In this document: in pieces, positions 47,748 through 61,233 of the stretch | How positions within the stretch are numbered: position 1 is the stretch's first letter | Layout of the letters: the number at the start of each line of letters is the position of its first letter | Source of the DNA: Massalongia carnosa | Lineage: Eukaryota | Length of the DNA: 64,000 bases | Assembly (NCBI GenBank): GCA_965645245.1 | Contig: OZ287070.1 | Coordinates: forward strand, 992,001 to 1,056,000 | Direction: 5' to 3' | Notes under the pieces: generated by a model | Told to the model about the DNA's origin: nothing | Databases searched by the model: none | What the model saw: only the letters and a program-made list of their open reading frames with translations | Made by a program: the position numbers and the translations under genes

Positions 47748-48555
47748 AGGCAAATCATGGCTTGTCCTTCCACGTCACCGTATATTTTTATCTCGCCACC
47801 GCTAGCTACATCACACCACCTACGCCTCGGCATATGTCTTCTCCCCTCGTCGATTATATTATTGGAACTTAAAAATCTATAGGCATTCGTCCTAGCCCTA
47901 TTCAAATACAACTCGCCCAGTTTCTCTGACATATAGAATGCTCTATCATATTGGCTCGCCACTTGAGCGTCTCGTAATCGCTTCAATATCTTACTTCTTC
48001 TTCTCCTTATTGATCCCGGCAATTAGACCCTCAGTCCATCGGAATTGTCCTTTCCGGCTCCACAAAGTAAGAACGGCTTTCTGACACGTTCGACGCACTG
48101 CCGCACTGTCTTAGTATTACAATGCCTTTGCTACTTTCGCCTGTACGAAACCCATTCATCCTAGCATGTTTTTCCCAGTTCCGAGGAAGCGGGAACACAG
48201 TCTACTCGCAGCCTAAATACCTCGCTACCACAATATATCTACATTCAGGTCTCAGTAGTGGGCGCGCAACATAGCCTGACGCTTGGCTGCACGTCGCCAC
48301 TATTCTACTTTTTTGTTCAGGGTTCGGTTCTGCCTCGTCTCGCCACCATCGCTCGACCCTGCCCCGTCTTCTCATTCCTCAAATTCAATTATGCTAGTGG
48401 CGTACATTAATTCTCAGCCAGTCAAAGGGACGCAATAGGTATTGAGGTCCTATGGCACGTGGCGAACCGCCCGCCCAATATCCGTTGAGTCATGGGGTCG
48501 AGCAATTACTCATCCATTTCACGAAACTCAAAGCTAAACAAACCGTCCTTGTCGC

Positions 48556-51170
48556 CTACCATGAGTCATCAGAACAATTTATCAATAAACTCCATGCAAC
48601 GAGCATAGTCAACTTATCACCTGCCCTACAATGTCCACAGAGCTGGCCCTTACGTTTCGACCCCTTTGTGTCAGATATTAATTCAATATTGGCAACCCCA
48701 TCGATCGCCTTAACATCACAGTTGGTTTTCCTTTCTCTTTGGCTCAAAGAACAACAAAAATAGGACCAATGACGCTCATTCGGGACGGGTTGTTGGATAT
48801 TTGTTATTAAAGCACACTCTAAACTGCTTACCACTTCACATCTGCATTGAAGGTCAGGCTGATCCTTTAAAAAGTAGTTGTACAGAAATATCGTTCTTGG
48901 ATAATGCTGTTTTTTTGTGTTGTAAAGACACAATCCTGAGTCTCGATCCATGATCACAAGACACCAATGGCTATTATAATGGCAAGGCAAAGAACAAGAT
49001 CATCATCATCAGGACTATATCCAAGCAGTGTACCATCATCTCTTTCGTGCGCGATATGAGTTGTTTGAGAATCAACAACATGTACCCGACTGAAGTCCGC
49101 AGAAAATAGACGAATCATGGAGATCACAATATCATCGTTGAGCCAAGAATTTATAGGAGAGGTGGGATTTGGTAAGAATCGTCGTAAAACCCCTGAGCTA
49201 GTTCGGGAGACGGAATTAATGATATAAATAAACCCGAGCATAGGCGGCCAAGCTTTGAATGGTTATTTTGAACAAAATAAATCCACCATTCAATTCTGCG
49301 GACAGGGCAGACATCGCTTGCTGGAGGTTTATGAGATTGAGTTGAAGGTACGGCAGCTTCCCAGGAATTCTTCTCGTCAGTTTCTTTCATTGTCACAATA
49401 GACGCACTCGACGAAGAGACGTGCATGTAGCGAAGGATGCAGATATAGCAAGACTTGATGACGATGGCACAAGTTCTTCGCTAGGCGACGAAGTTTCGCG
49501 CAGAGAAGATATAGTCAACTCTGACACAGGTTCTGCAAGAGCAATTGATAACAAGGGTGACGGAGAAGCTGCACTCGAGGACCTGAATCGGGATGCAGCT
49601 TCTGCACTCGGGACCGTAGATTGAAACGCAGCTTTGGCACTCGAGGACTTAGATTGAGATGCAGCTTCGACATTCGGGGACATAGATTGAGACTTAGCTT
49701 CCATATTCGGGGACGTAGGTTGAGATGCAGTTTTGATGCTTGGGGACCCAGGTTGAGACTCAGCTTCGACGCTTGGGGACGTAGGTTGAGGTGCAGTTTC
49801 GATGCTTGAGAACCCAGGTTGAGACTCAGCTTCGACATTCGGGGATACAGGTTTGGGCGGAAAAGATGCTGTAGACATTGATGCGGATTCTGAAAGGAGA
49901 TGTGGTGATATAGATAAGGATACAGGCTTGGGAGGGTCCTCCCATGTTGTGTCAATATCAAGGTCTCTAAACCTGGTACCCTTCATGTCGGCCATAAGTA
50001 TAGGCGGGGAGCCTCCACAGCTCTCTTTGCACTCAACGTATAGAGGAGGCACGTCCCATCCTGACTTGGCATAGTTGATTGCGCCTGCCATATTGGCTCT
50101 AGATTTAATCCCAAGTGAATCGCGTTTGACTGCAATAGCATTAAACATCCTGATCGCTGAAGAACGACTTCAAATCTGATTTCCCAGCGACGTAATAGAG
50201 AAGGACAAAGAAGTACACTTTGATGTCTAAGAAACTGATCACATTTCGGTCGTATTTGAAGGGTTTTGACCAATCGACTTTCTAACTCATGTTTCCATCT
50301 GGGATTAACGATTATCCAGAGCTTAGGTGCTCCTTCATAAAGTATATTTGCCGATAGTAGATAGAAATCTTCGGAGTGAGCGGCGAAGGCGGATATCAAT
50401 CGAGAAATGTATACGAATTCTGAATGAATGCCTAGAAAATGCTTGCGACTTCTTAACAGACGAGTGCCAGGTTGAAGCGGCAATTCTGGAAGCCCTAGAT
50501 TTTTGCGAACATCGTCATCGTGACCTATCGCGGTCAAATACTCATGATGGTTCTTGCTACGCTCTAACTCATTCATTTTGTTCTCAAATAGCGTCTCTAA
50601 GTCGGTATGCTCGGAATTTAATTGCGAGGATGAGAATCATGGCACATCAAATGTCTCTCTGGACCATCCCAACAGTGAATTTCCCTTTAATTTCTGACGC
50701 AAGGTGAGAATACCCGTTATTTTTTTCGAGAAGCTTTGCAACTGTAACGTTCCTCGCTTCAAAGGCAATTTGGGAGCGGATCTTAAAATGACGCCTACAT
50801 CGACTAAATAAAATCCAGAGGACGTTGAAGGCAGTTCTTTTTCTAATTTTGCCAAATCCGTCAAGCTAATGTCTTCGCGTCGATAAGGCTGAGAATAAAT
50901 ACAGTCTTTCGAAGGCTCCAACTCTTGCGTTTGCGAAGCCTCGGATGTGGAGTTGTGGTCGATATTCTTGCCGTTGTTTGATGAGTCGAGAGTAGCTTCT
51001 GCTAGAGACACATCGCTGTAGAGTTTATTGAGACAGTCTTTTAAGAATGCTCCTGTGTCATGAATAGAATGACTTCTTCGAAAGTCTTCAAAGGCGCTAT
51101 CGAGCTACTAATGTCAGTATAAAGAAGCATGAACAGAGAATAACCTTACCCTTTCACGGTCAGATGGCAT
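48556..51170 (-). pseudogene. JmjC (KDM4/Rph1-like) domain fused via a Ser/Pro repeat linker to an Ulp1/C48-like protease domain; frameshifted
   Basis: GIHSEFVYIS...FAAHSEDFYLLSANILYEGAPKLW...CDQFLRHQ...H.GLN.../NMAGAINYA; then WLNDDIV, VHVVDS, PCHYNSHWCLVI; short first exon at 51170 with GTAAGG donor. Confidence 0.72.
49575..49850 (-). repeat. 33-bp (11-aa) coding tandem repeat, ~8 copies (PxSPNVEAESQ-like)
   Basis: PVSPNVEAESQ PGFSSIETAPQ PTSPSVEAESQ PGSPSIKTASQ PTSPNMEAKSQ SMSPNVEAASQ SKSSSAKAAFQ STVPSAEAASR. Confidence 0.85.
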
Positions 51171-51607
51171 GTCGCATCTCTTTACTTGCAGAAGCAAGGT
51201 GATAATAATGTTATGAGACACGTGAGCCCTTCCTCAAGCTATTCTAATCCTGCCAATGCTAGGCCTTGTCGGCGAAGGATGATTTTCTCCTGCATATTGG
51301 CCAGGTCAATCTTGCGTTATAGCCTTGCTCCCAAGCACATATGGCGATTTCCCCGTTTGCCTCCCTCCCCCACTCTTAACTAAAGATGGTTACTCAATTT
51401 ATCTTTCGGGTGCCCAGGTCTAGGCGGTCAGTTTTGGTTGTTGATCATATGGTGTGTTCAGTTGTCCCCATCAAGTGACTCATTATACTCTCACTATGCA
51501 ACTGTTAACTTGGCAGTCGTAAATCATTCTACTAGTTACAACTGTTATCAAGATCAACTCAAAAATTCCTGCCTATACCGCCTCTCCTTGCATTTGTGAA
51601 AAGCATA

Positions 51608-53760
51608 ATGGTGAAAAGGCACAGAATGATGTTGTCGCAAACGAGCGGAAGGGTCATAAAGCAGCGTCGACACCGCATGAGCAACGAAAGATGGGAATCA
51701 CTTTATCCTCATTTCAGAACTATAAATTATGATCCAGGAGAATCGCTGTTGGAGGCAATGAAGTCTATCAAAGAGTTGCATAACTTTGTAGCATGGTAAG
51801 TCGTTATCCCCTATAACGCCAAAGTTGCCAATAAATATTTACAGTGAAAATACTTGGAAAGACAAGATCAAGGCATGGGATTAAGGAAAAATCAGAGAAA
51901 GACCTCCCACTCACGTCGCGAATCGACAGCTCTGCCAAACAAACTTGCCATCCAAGGCGGTGTCCAAATCGCTGACGAACGGACTAATGATGATGGGTTG
52001 GGGTTTCTAAATAGTAAGTAGTGTTGGATTAGGGTCTGTTCGAGACTGCTCCTTTTTGCACCCCTGAATAAGCTGGTGTCCGTGCGTTTATAGCGTCTTA
52101 TTCGCGGCTACAATAAGAAGCTATTGACAAGTAAGTGAACCCGTCGTATATTCTTTGCCTCTATTCGACTCATGCTGAGTAGTCAGAATTAGATTGGGAA
52201 AAATTCTCATCAAGATTAAATTGATAACCGTCGCTGTTTGCGATCGTCGCTGCAAGTAGTGTTCCATATTTAAAAGACATACAATCGTCGAATACAGAGG
52301 CAAATAGAACCCTCCTTAATAAAAAAAGGACCTCGCGACCACCTTCTCTTGGCCCCCTGCAACAATCCCTGCAGACCCTTTGCAATATACCAATTATAGA
52401 ACTTGCCGCGAAGGAGACTCCTTAAAAAATAAGGAGGAGGCCGAACCGAACGGAAGGCCTTTTTCATTATAAGGAGGTTACCGAACGGGGCCTTAGCCTA
52501 TCCGTGGGAATCTCTGAAAGTGGTGCAGATTCTCCGCTTTCTACCAACGAAAACCCCCATGACTCGACAAACTCTCAGATAACCTAAGCAACACCTGGCG
52601 GTGAACGTTTGAAGCCTACGCAGTATTTTCAGTCGGCCTAGCATAGCCTTAATTTGACGGAACCAATGAATCTCTCATGCACGGCAGAGAAGCATACTAC
52701 CTTTGAAGAGGGGTATGAGAACGTTGAAAAGATTCTAAGAACTTTCAGAGGGTTTAGATATCTTAATGGTGCAACAAGTAATTTTACCCTTCAAGCAGTA
52801 TATTGCCTTGCGGGTGCCTTTAAAGAATTCAACCTTTAAATATAGGGGGATTTCATGGAAGGAACACTTCGTAAAATCGAGGCTTGCCATGTCTAAAACA
52901 TCTCCGATCTTTGAAATGCAGTATGGCACCTACAACGCCAAGACATTGAAACACATGGAAGTTTTGGCACAGTTCTTACTTTCTCAAAGGCGTGTAGAAG
53001 ACAGCACAGTCATCCTCTACCGGATTGTTGATAGTTGGTTACAAGCGGCTATCTAATGAGAACGCTAATGATAGGTTTGACAGACCTGTCGAGCCAGTTG
53101 TAATGCTCAGCATTGCTCTTGAGAACCAGGAAGAATTCAGAAGCGGTGAAAACATCTTGCGCCAAAATCTCGACTTGGCAATCGACATTTCATTAGCAGA
53201 TCAGCATGAGGGAGCTTTGAGACTTCGAACCTGCCTGGTAAAACTCTATTCAACGTTCCTAGGAATGAGCGCCAATGTGAAGGAAGTTCTACAAGAAAGC
53301 TTAGGTGTATACGAGCAAACGGAGTCGCAGGATAATCACATCGAGCATGTATGGCAAGCTATCATGCGCCGCGAGATTTCTTTCGGCATTGATAATAGAT
53401 CTCATACACTCCTTAACAAACTTGAGGCCGCTATTGGCCGCTATATGCAGCCAACTCCATGGACCGATCTTCTTAGATACACGCTAGCTGGATACTAAAT
53501 GCAAAGGAATCAACTCTCAGACGCGGAAAGATTTCTAACCCCAATTTCGAAGCGTTTTGAGTCTGCCTATTCTAAGGAGTTTTTCTCCACCCTCATGAAA
53601 AAAGGATACATGTATTACTACCAATCAAAATAGCAAGCAACGGCTGATGAGTTTCAAACGGCGGCTGTATGTGTGCTGCGCTTAGACCTTCGAAGATACC
53701 CACAGTCCAGATGCACTCTGAAGCTCGAAGAGCCCTGTTTTTATCCAGCCACGAAATAAA
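51608..53760 (+). pseudogene. Clr5-domain plus helical-repeat (TPR-like) protein pseudogene, interrupted by a MITE
   Basis: RWESLYPHFRTINY...SLLEAMKSIKELHNFVA|(intron)ENTWKDKIKAW.LRKN is the Clr5 N-terminal pattern; downstream helical fragments with stops and frameshifts; 3' end approximate. Confidence 0.6.
52032..52492 (-). mobile_element. PIF/Harbinger (Tourist-like) MITE, copy 1
   Basis: Ends GGGTCTGTTCG ... GTTACCGAACGGGGCC, TTA on both sides (52029-52031, 52493-52495); near-identical inverted copy at 61234-61704. Confidence 0.88.
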
Positions 53761-55542
53761 ATTCTTACGCGAAGGGTTTCATCAATAAGTGCGGATGCTG
53801 TTTTTCTTTAGAGTAACTCTGCCCATCATTTAAATATATTGAGCGCATGGCTAGTTCTCTCCATCAGAAGAGAGAGCACTGGCATACTGAGAGATATCCC
53901 TCCATTTAAGAGCTTGTTTTCTACCAGGAGTTAGGCATAAGGGGTTACATATTCCCTCGCCATGTCCTCCGTAAAGCACAAGGTGGATTCCGATGATAAA
54001 ACAATCGCCCTTCCACATTCTTCTGGCTTTTCACCAAACACAAATAACACTTCGACTCTAAATGGCACCGGCCTTACTCTCGTTTGGAGGGCAGTTCTTG
54101 GTGGAGGGATGCACTTCAGAACCTCTGTCATTAGCTTCCAGTTTTGTGTTAAGGCCTGATATAAGCAAGTTGGGGTTTCTTATAGAGAGAAAATGCAGAC
54201 AATGTATGTTGAATCTTGAACCAGCAAGCCGGTTTCTTGCTACTGTGAACTTGCGTCTTTATTTCAATGATGTCTCATAACCAAGGCGGTGAGCAGAACT
54301 TGTGGCTTGTCAAGCAATATTAAAATCTGAAGTAATCGTATCAAGAAACTAGTAATCGAAGCGAGTCGCCTACTACTTCGATTTCTAGTTTCTTGAACGA
54401 TTATGGGGGCTCAGCCAGCCAGAGCGGTAACTTCTACCTACAACGATCAGACTGGACGAGCTAATGTGTGACGTTTGAGCAGCTCTTAATTTGCAATGAA
54501 AGTATTCCCTAAAAGATGCTCCTCAAAATTACGCAAGGGATCAATACATTTTCAGTTTTTCCAGCGTAAAGCTCAGGACATTGGCAGCGCTTCTGTGTGC
54601 TTTTGTTGTTTATGAAGCATTTGCTGTGAGAAAGCGACTGAGAGAAGTTCTCTTAACAATCGTAAGAAAAAATGTATCTCTTTTCGAATTCCTGACAAAT
54701 CTAGATCCACGTGGTGAGTCATAGTCTTGAATCGCTGTGCCCCAGCCTTTCAGGTCTACGTTCAGTTTGGTCAGCATGTGTTTATCTCTAATCAACGGCG
54801 AGATACAACCTGTGCATCGAATCTTGGATATTTCTTTGCTGGTTTTCTTTGAACTTTAGCTTTCATGGACAGGCGTATTGCGTACTATTATGTCAATCTC
54901 CTCTCTGATGGTGCTGAGTCTTTGACAAAGGGATTATACCCTTGTCCTAGACTTCGACTGTATCCTACACGTAGGTATTCAAGTAATGTCTAATTGCAAG
55001 TGACTCCCAAGGTAGAGATCAATATGCCGACAAGAGTGGCGGCAATATTTTTGAAAACTTTCGGGGGAAAGTGATGAGAGGCGCAAGGAGGAGTAATATG
55101 GTGAAATGCATACAAAATCGTAAATAAAGCCCATTCTCTTTGGTGATAGCAAGGATCTTAGAAAACCATGGGAACATTCAAAGTTCCTTGTCTTCACTCA
55201 ATGGTTTGTTCTTTTTTATTCTGAACTTGATCGTATTCATGACAGAGTATGCCTATCCTTAATTAGCGTCCTATCCATCAACCCCTATCTCGTTGGGTGT
55301 TCGGAATAGTTAATGTTCTCCCGGTTTTGCATGGATGTAGACGGATCATTGACGGAGGTATCGGCTTTAACTAACTAGCCGTGCTAGCCTTTTGACACTA
55401 AATATTCCCCTAATAGGTATCCGTAATCTGTACTCAATAGGCATCGTTGGATCCTTCGACACAGGGGAACGAGCATCCGTTCTCGATGATATAAAGAAAG
55501 CTTTAACCTGCACATTCAGATGGAGACATACTGTCTCTAATC

Positions 55543-56572
55543 ATGGAATGCCACAAATTTACCTACAAGACAGGCGATAACGGGGAGCCTCTCTCTGCCC
55601 TCGTTCACTGGTCTCCCGGTGCTTCTTACAAGTCTGAAGTCTCCAAACCTGTTGGTATCTACAACGGCTCTGCTACCTTATATATCCGGGAAGGATTCTT
55701 TCTAACCTCGCTTAGTGCTAATGTTCCATTGCGGAGCCTTCACCATCGGAAACAACACTACATCTCCCCCTTACCAAATCGCCTATCTCGTTAGCTAGAA
55801 TTTCGTTGTCGTCGTTCCAAATTACCGGCTCTGCCCCCAAATATCGGCTTGCAATGGTCCCTTTGCCGATGCATACTCCGTAAGCATATGGTGCAGGAAC
55901 GACTTACCACCCGTATTAAGAGAGACCTATGGCATCGCCGTTGATGGTACCCGTGTGGCAGCCATGGGTCATTCGTCAGGTGGAACACTTGCCCTTTCGC
56001 TAGCCATAAAACCCTCTCCACCAAGCGTAATCGCTAGCTTCTACCCCATTCTCTATGTCTCGGATGAGACATCCACGGCCCATCAACCATATGCCAGGTT
56101 TGATGCGATCCCCAGATTCGAGCCTACGCAGGCGAATATAGACGCCGTTTTCAGCCTGTCTGATCACCAGCAGTTGTCATCCTTCCACCTGCCCCTCCCG
56201 GGAACGATTCTGCAACCCCGTCATAAATGGCTTTTCACACAGCAGAGAACGGGCAACTGGATTCGTGCCATCCAGCCCGATGGAAATTTTAAGTCTATCG
56301 ACCCCACGGTGCAGTTTGCAGAAAAGGGGAAGGTATGGCCACCAACGGTTTTTATGCAGGGGGATAACGATGATTTACCCGGGAGCGGAATTGCGCTTGT
56401 GGAAAGGGCTGTAGCGGAGCTTAAGGCGGCGGGAGCGAACCATGTGAGGATCGAGCGGGTGAAGGATGCGTCTCATGGGTTCGATCAAGCTCCGGGGGGG
56501 GGTGTAGATGAGCCCGGGGAAAAGGGGGAGGCTGTGAAGCGGGGGCTTGACTTTTTGAGGGAGTGGGTGTGA
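55543..56572 (+). pseudogene. Alpha/beta hydrolase (HSL/Abhydrolase_3-like) with a single in-frame TAG at 55796-55798; exons 55543-55654, 55716-56572
   Basis: LMFHCGAF (oxyanion region), PNYRLCPQ, GHSSGG nucleophile elbow, QGDNDD, SHGFD. Confidence 0.82.
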
Positions 56573-59500
56573 AGAATTATAAAGCTCTTCGGCTTATGGC
56601 GGCCAAGGCTAGTCTGGGTGAGGCGATGCAAGTAGTGCTCCAAAACCATGTACAGCGCTAATTAGTTTGGTTTTAAGTAATCTAGATACATCGGTCCATA
56701 AAAAGGAGAACCCATGCAAACCGGCTGGACAGTGTTAGGGGAAGGAGACATCGGGATGACTTCGAATCTCTTATTTTTGAAGCTAACTAAAGCCTTCTTC
56801 TACAGACGATCTATTACATAAGTCCACATCCACCCATTTAAACCCCTACGACCCAGATTTTCTTTCTCCGTTTTCTACCCCCGTCCTCTTTTCAGCGTGG
56901 GGATGGTCCTGGATTAACGGTACTCACTCTCGGTCTGATCGCCTGGCGAAATGAGCTCTGAATCGTCTATTCTCGTCTAAGATGAAATCGCCGCTGAATA
57001 TCTCAAATCGTCACGAGGAGGGATCCCCCCCCCCTTGCTAGCCCGTGATGGCTTTGAAAACAGACACGTTCTAGAGTTGAAGCATATGACAGTTATCAAG
57101 ATTGCAGCCTACTCAGAAATGCTACTCAACGGAGGATGTATACATTGGCTGCCTCTTTCGTTCGTGTTGGGAATGTTTACCAGGTTCACGAACTAAGCGA
57201 TTTAGTTGCTTCAGAGGATGGACTGAATGCTTGCTTGCTTGACTAAGTCTCGTATGCAGATCAATAAAGTATCGCGCGCTAAAACTCTTTCTGGAGAACT
57301 AAAGTTAGAGAGGGTTGTGCTTATGGGTTCTGGGAATTAGAGCGAGTATGCCAGCTGGTCTTTTTCTCTTACCAGGTGTGGGTTTGACAGAACACCTTTG
57401 GTTCTTCTGATCACAAAACTCTTGCTCTAAAATCTGCATCTTCCCAGGGCCGACGGTGATTTCTGTACTCCCGGAGTGTCTCAATCTAAGTCAGCCTTAG
57501 GGTTTTATTGCAGCGCTGTACTCTACCGGCCACATCTTTGAGATTCGTTTCTCTCTTTCTTCTATTGTGGATTGACACTGTCATAGCTCGCAGGGTTGGA
57601 AAATTTTCTACGCACCAGAAACATCCATAACCCCTTTGTCTTCACTCCGTCGTCGCCGGAAGTTCACGATGTAAGAGCGCCTTCTAGAAGGTCAAGTGGC
57701 TACAAGTCCGTTTTGAATCCTATCTCGTCGCCCTCCATGTCAGCAAGCTTAGCTGGAGCCAATGTCGTGTTCTTGGCGGCTTGATTGGCACTGTAAATCC
57801 TCAGCGTCTGATGGGAAGCTCGTTGGCTTTTGTCAGTAACAGAACGAATTTCCCCGAGTCAAAAAGACTTCTATATTTCGATGGCCTGTGACATAATCAT
57901 CGGTAGCAGTAAGTGGGTTTCGGATATAGAGCGCTAGTGTCATGGCGAGACTTCGAAGTATATAGAGCGACGGCAAATCGACCGTTTGTATGATGGAATC
58001 ATGTACCTTCTCCGATAGGTTATGAGAGCTTTTGATTCCTGGTTTCATGAAATTGATATCAACTCTCTCTGCCCCACCGCTTGCAAAGCACATTCTCTTC
58101 TCTCCTAATTACTAGAGCCTCAGAAATGGTACATGATGTTCAAGCCAAAAGGAAACAAGACTTGGCTATCATTCATGGGGCGAAGCCTAAGCGGGCTCTG
58201 CTCTCCAAACCAACCAGGCAGCTCATGTTTGGTAGTGTGCTCCTCTAGGCCTGGTACTTGGCTTTCGTGGCCGCGAGTTGACCGTCTCTGCAGAGTCCTA
58301 GGTCGCCCGTTTCGATGAATCGGCCAATACTTTTCGTTCAGATCTCCAAGTTTTCAACTTAATAACCAATAATAGACCACGTAGACCAGAGGCCGACTAA
58401 AACAGCGTGCCCTCGCAATAAATCCCTAGCAACAAAAAGGGCAATGCCCCTTCGTTATCTGGTTGCTGAAGTAGAATAAATAAGGGACGCGCTATTTAAT
58501 CCAGAAGAGCGAAATGCCATGATTTTCAAACCTCAGTATCAAGATATGCGTCAGTCTTGCTTCTTCAGAGCATTTCTTTTTTTTTCTTTTTCTGTGAACG
58601 CCTCAACGCCTCAACGACATTGAAACTTCTTCGTACCGAAAATACGCACTGAGGGAAGAGCTGACCTTCCCGTAACCACGTGCCAGAGTTTTCACAATCT
58701 CTTCTGATGGTTTTTCTAGATCTCATTGCCCTTTTCTCTGACCTATCCCATTTGTGTATTGTTACCCCCTATACCCCCCTGAACTATTATTTTTCCACAC
58801 CGGGGTTTTTGGAGTATACCCAAGCGCCCTATTCGCAATTTTTTTCATGCAACTGCAATCCCTCGCAGAGGATACAAAAAGAAAACCATACGAATCGAGC
58901 TTGCGAATTTTACATATATATTTTTGAAGTCAGAAAATATATCATTGCCGGATGAGAAAGGAAGGACAAATAAAAGAACGGAATGAATAAGAGCTCCGTC
59001 GCTCTATATTTGGTCGATAGAGAAAGTAGGACCCGCAACATGAGCCCGAGAGGGTCGAGGAAATAAGAAACCATGATATATCCAAAAGACGGCAAATTGA
59101 CGCGGAAAGGATCTCGTCTAAAGCTCCTAAAAGTTGGTTATATATAGCGCCTTATAGTATACTATATGACGACCGCGCTTCACGGCCAGTATCGTGATGA
59201 GAAAAGCCCAATCGACCTACCAACCGGAGGCGGGTTGTCCTCCACGAGCACGAGAGAACTCGTTCAAGAAGCTCCATCTCCTTTCCACACACACCCGCAC
59301 ATCGTCTCACATCGTTTCTTCATTCCTTCATTCAGTATGACTCTCCGTTCATAGGATCTGGAAGATTCCCCACGCCATGTGCGTCTGCTCTCCATGCTAC
59401 AGCAGCCGCCTCTTCAAAGTTCCATCCCACGTCCTTGAGCGTCTGAGGAAATTGAAGAGAGAAAATAGATGGACTTGCGTTTTCCATGTGAGTATTTAGC

Positions 59501-61233
59501 AAACGGAGGATACTACTAAGCATCCAGATCTTTGATCCGTAGTGATTTTCGCCGAGAGTTTATTTGCGCAACTACCCACCTCATGGACGTCGGATCGGGG
59601 GCTGCGAATGGCAGCTTGGGATCGATGACCATTGCCCACCACAATCGCTTCGGTCACTCGCAAGCAAATATTGAGGGGGTCGAACCAAAAGCGAGAAGAG
59701 CGAGAGAGGGAGGAGCAAGGGGGAGAAAAATGAAGTTAGTAATAGAGGTAGAAGAAAGAGACTTCGACCCGAACATCGCTCATGTTCTCTTCGCCTCCCT
59801 ATCTTTTCAGGATTCAAAGCTTCGAGTTGGCCAATTTCTCGGTTTAACGTTTTCGCATTCTTTTGGAGTTTTCCGTACCGCTGCAGAGCGTTTACGCACT
59901 ATTTGATACTCTTTTGCGAAATCTTGTTCATTTCTATTTTGTTTTTTTAGCATCATTTCGAAGAATATCATCACTATCGTTTGATGTAAATTCAGCCATT
60001 ATGAACGCTAGTCCTTTCTGCAAGCTCCGCAGTCCTCGCACTCTCCTTGTTCTGATCACCGGTCTCAGTATCCCTGGTCAAATAGCTGGCATCATCCGGA
60101 TTTTTCAAAGGCCGCTATTCGAAACTCACTTCTAACCTTTCCGGGTCCAAATAGCACCGGATTGAGACTGTCGGTTGAGAGGTTATTTATATATACATCC
60201 TTACACAAACTCCAGACACAGGTGACCTCCTTAGAAGGAATATGTTCCGATGCCGAGCATATAGCAGAATCCGCTGATTAGGAGCGCCGATAGCCGAGGT
60301 TAATATATCGAACGAGGTTTGTTTCGGGAACAAGATTTCCCCCTTTTCTCCAGATTTTTTGCAGTTATATATTATATACCTAGAACGCATTAGTCCAACG
60401 AAACGAAAACGCCCCGGCTCAACAGCGTAGATGCTGCATGGTGGGCAAGTAGGTAGATACCGAGGGGGAAGGAGATATGCAAATCTGATAGCGATCGCAG
60501 TTGGGACAAGCGGAGCTCAGTTGGGCGAAGAGCTGGCTGGCAGCATGTGGGTCTGTTGGAAGCTCATTCCGGAGATGCCTTCAATAGTCCAGTAGGAAAA
60601 TTGTATGGGAGTTCTGCACTTTGGAAATTCCGCCGCATAGGGGCATTGGTGAATTGTGCACGAAGCCACTTCTGGACGTGGATACCTACTTAGGGGAAGG
60701 AAGATTGGCTTCTGTAGGTAACTAAACACTAAGCCCCCGCCTACTTAAGTCTTGAAAGATGTCAAGTTATTGTTGTTGAGCGTATTCTTATAGCAGTTTC
60801 TTATAGAATTTGTCATGAGACTCTGCCGCTTCTATGCAATTTTCTCCAGCTCAATTCCTCTAGTCTGAACGGAACTGCACGTTTCTGATTACTTGCTCTT
60901 TATTTCGGGCATGTTGATCGATTTCTGAAGTATTCGGATGTCTCAGAGCGATGGCTGTTCGCTCGTGAGCGAACATGCAAGCTCGATCTCATACAATTCC
61001 ACAAATGCAGAAGCATGCAGAAACTTGTCCGAACGTTTTAGAGCACGTCTTGCCATGACGGTATGTCGCCCACTCCCCCAATCCTAAAATATAGATTTCA
61101 ACGTAATAGGTTAAATCCTGGTGTTGTTGCCTGCGAATAGCTTCGTCTGATGGAAATTTCTCATTCAAGGACAAAGACTCCCTTCAGGTCAGAAAACATA
61201 TCCACGCAGGTTTACCCGAGCAATACAAATTTA

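Noticed and set aside
47101..47805. 234-aa plus-strand ORF
   Set aside because: Mostly spans the pyrimidine-rich DUF6594 intron; no domain features
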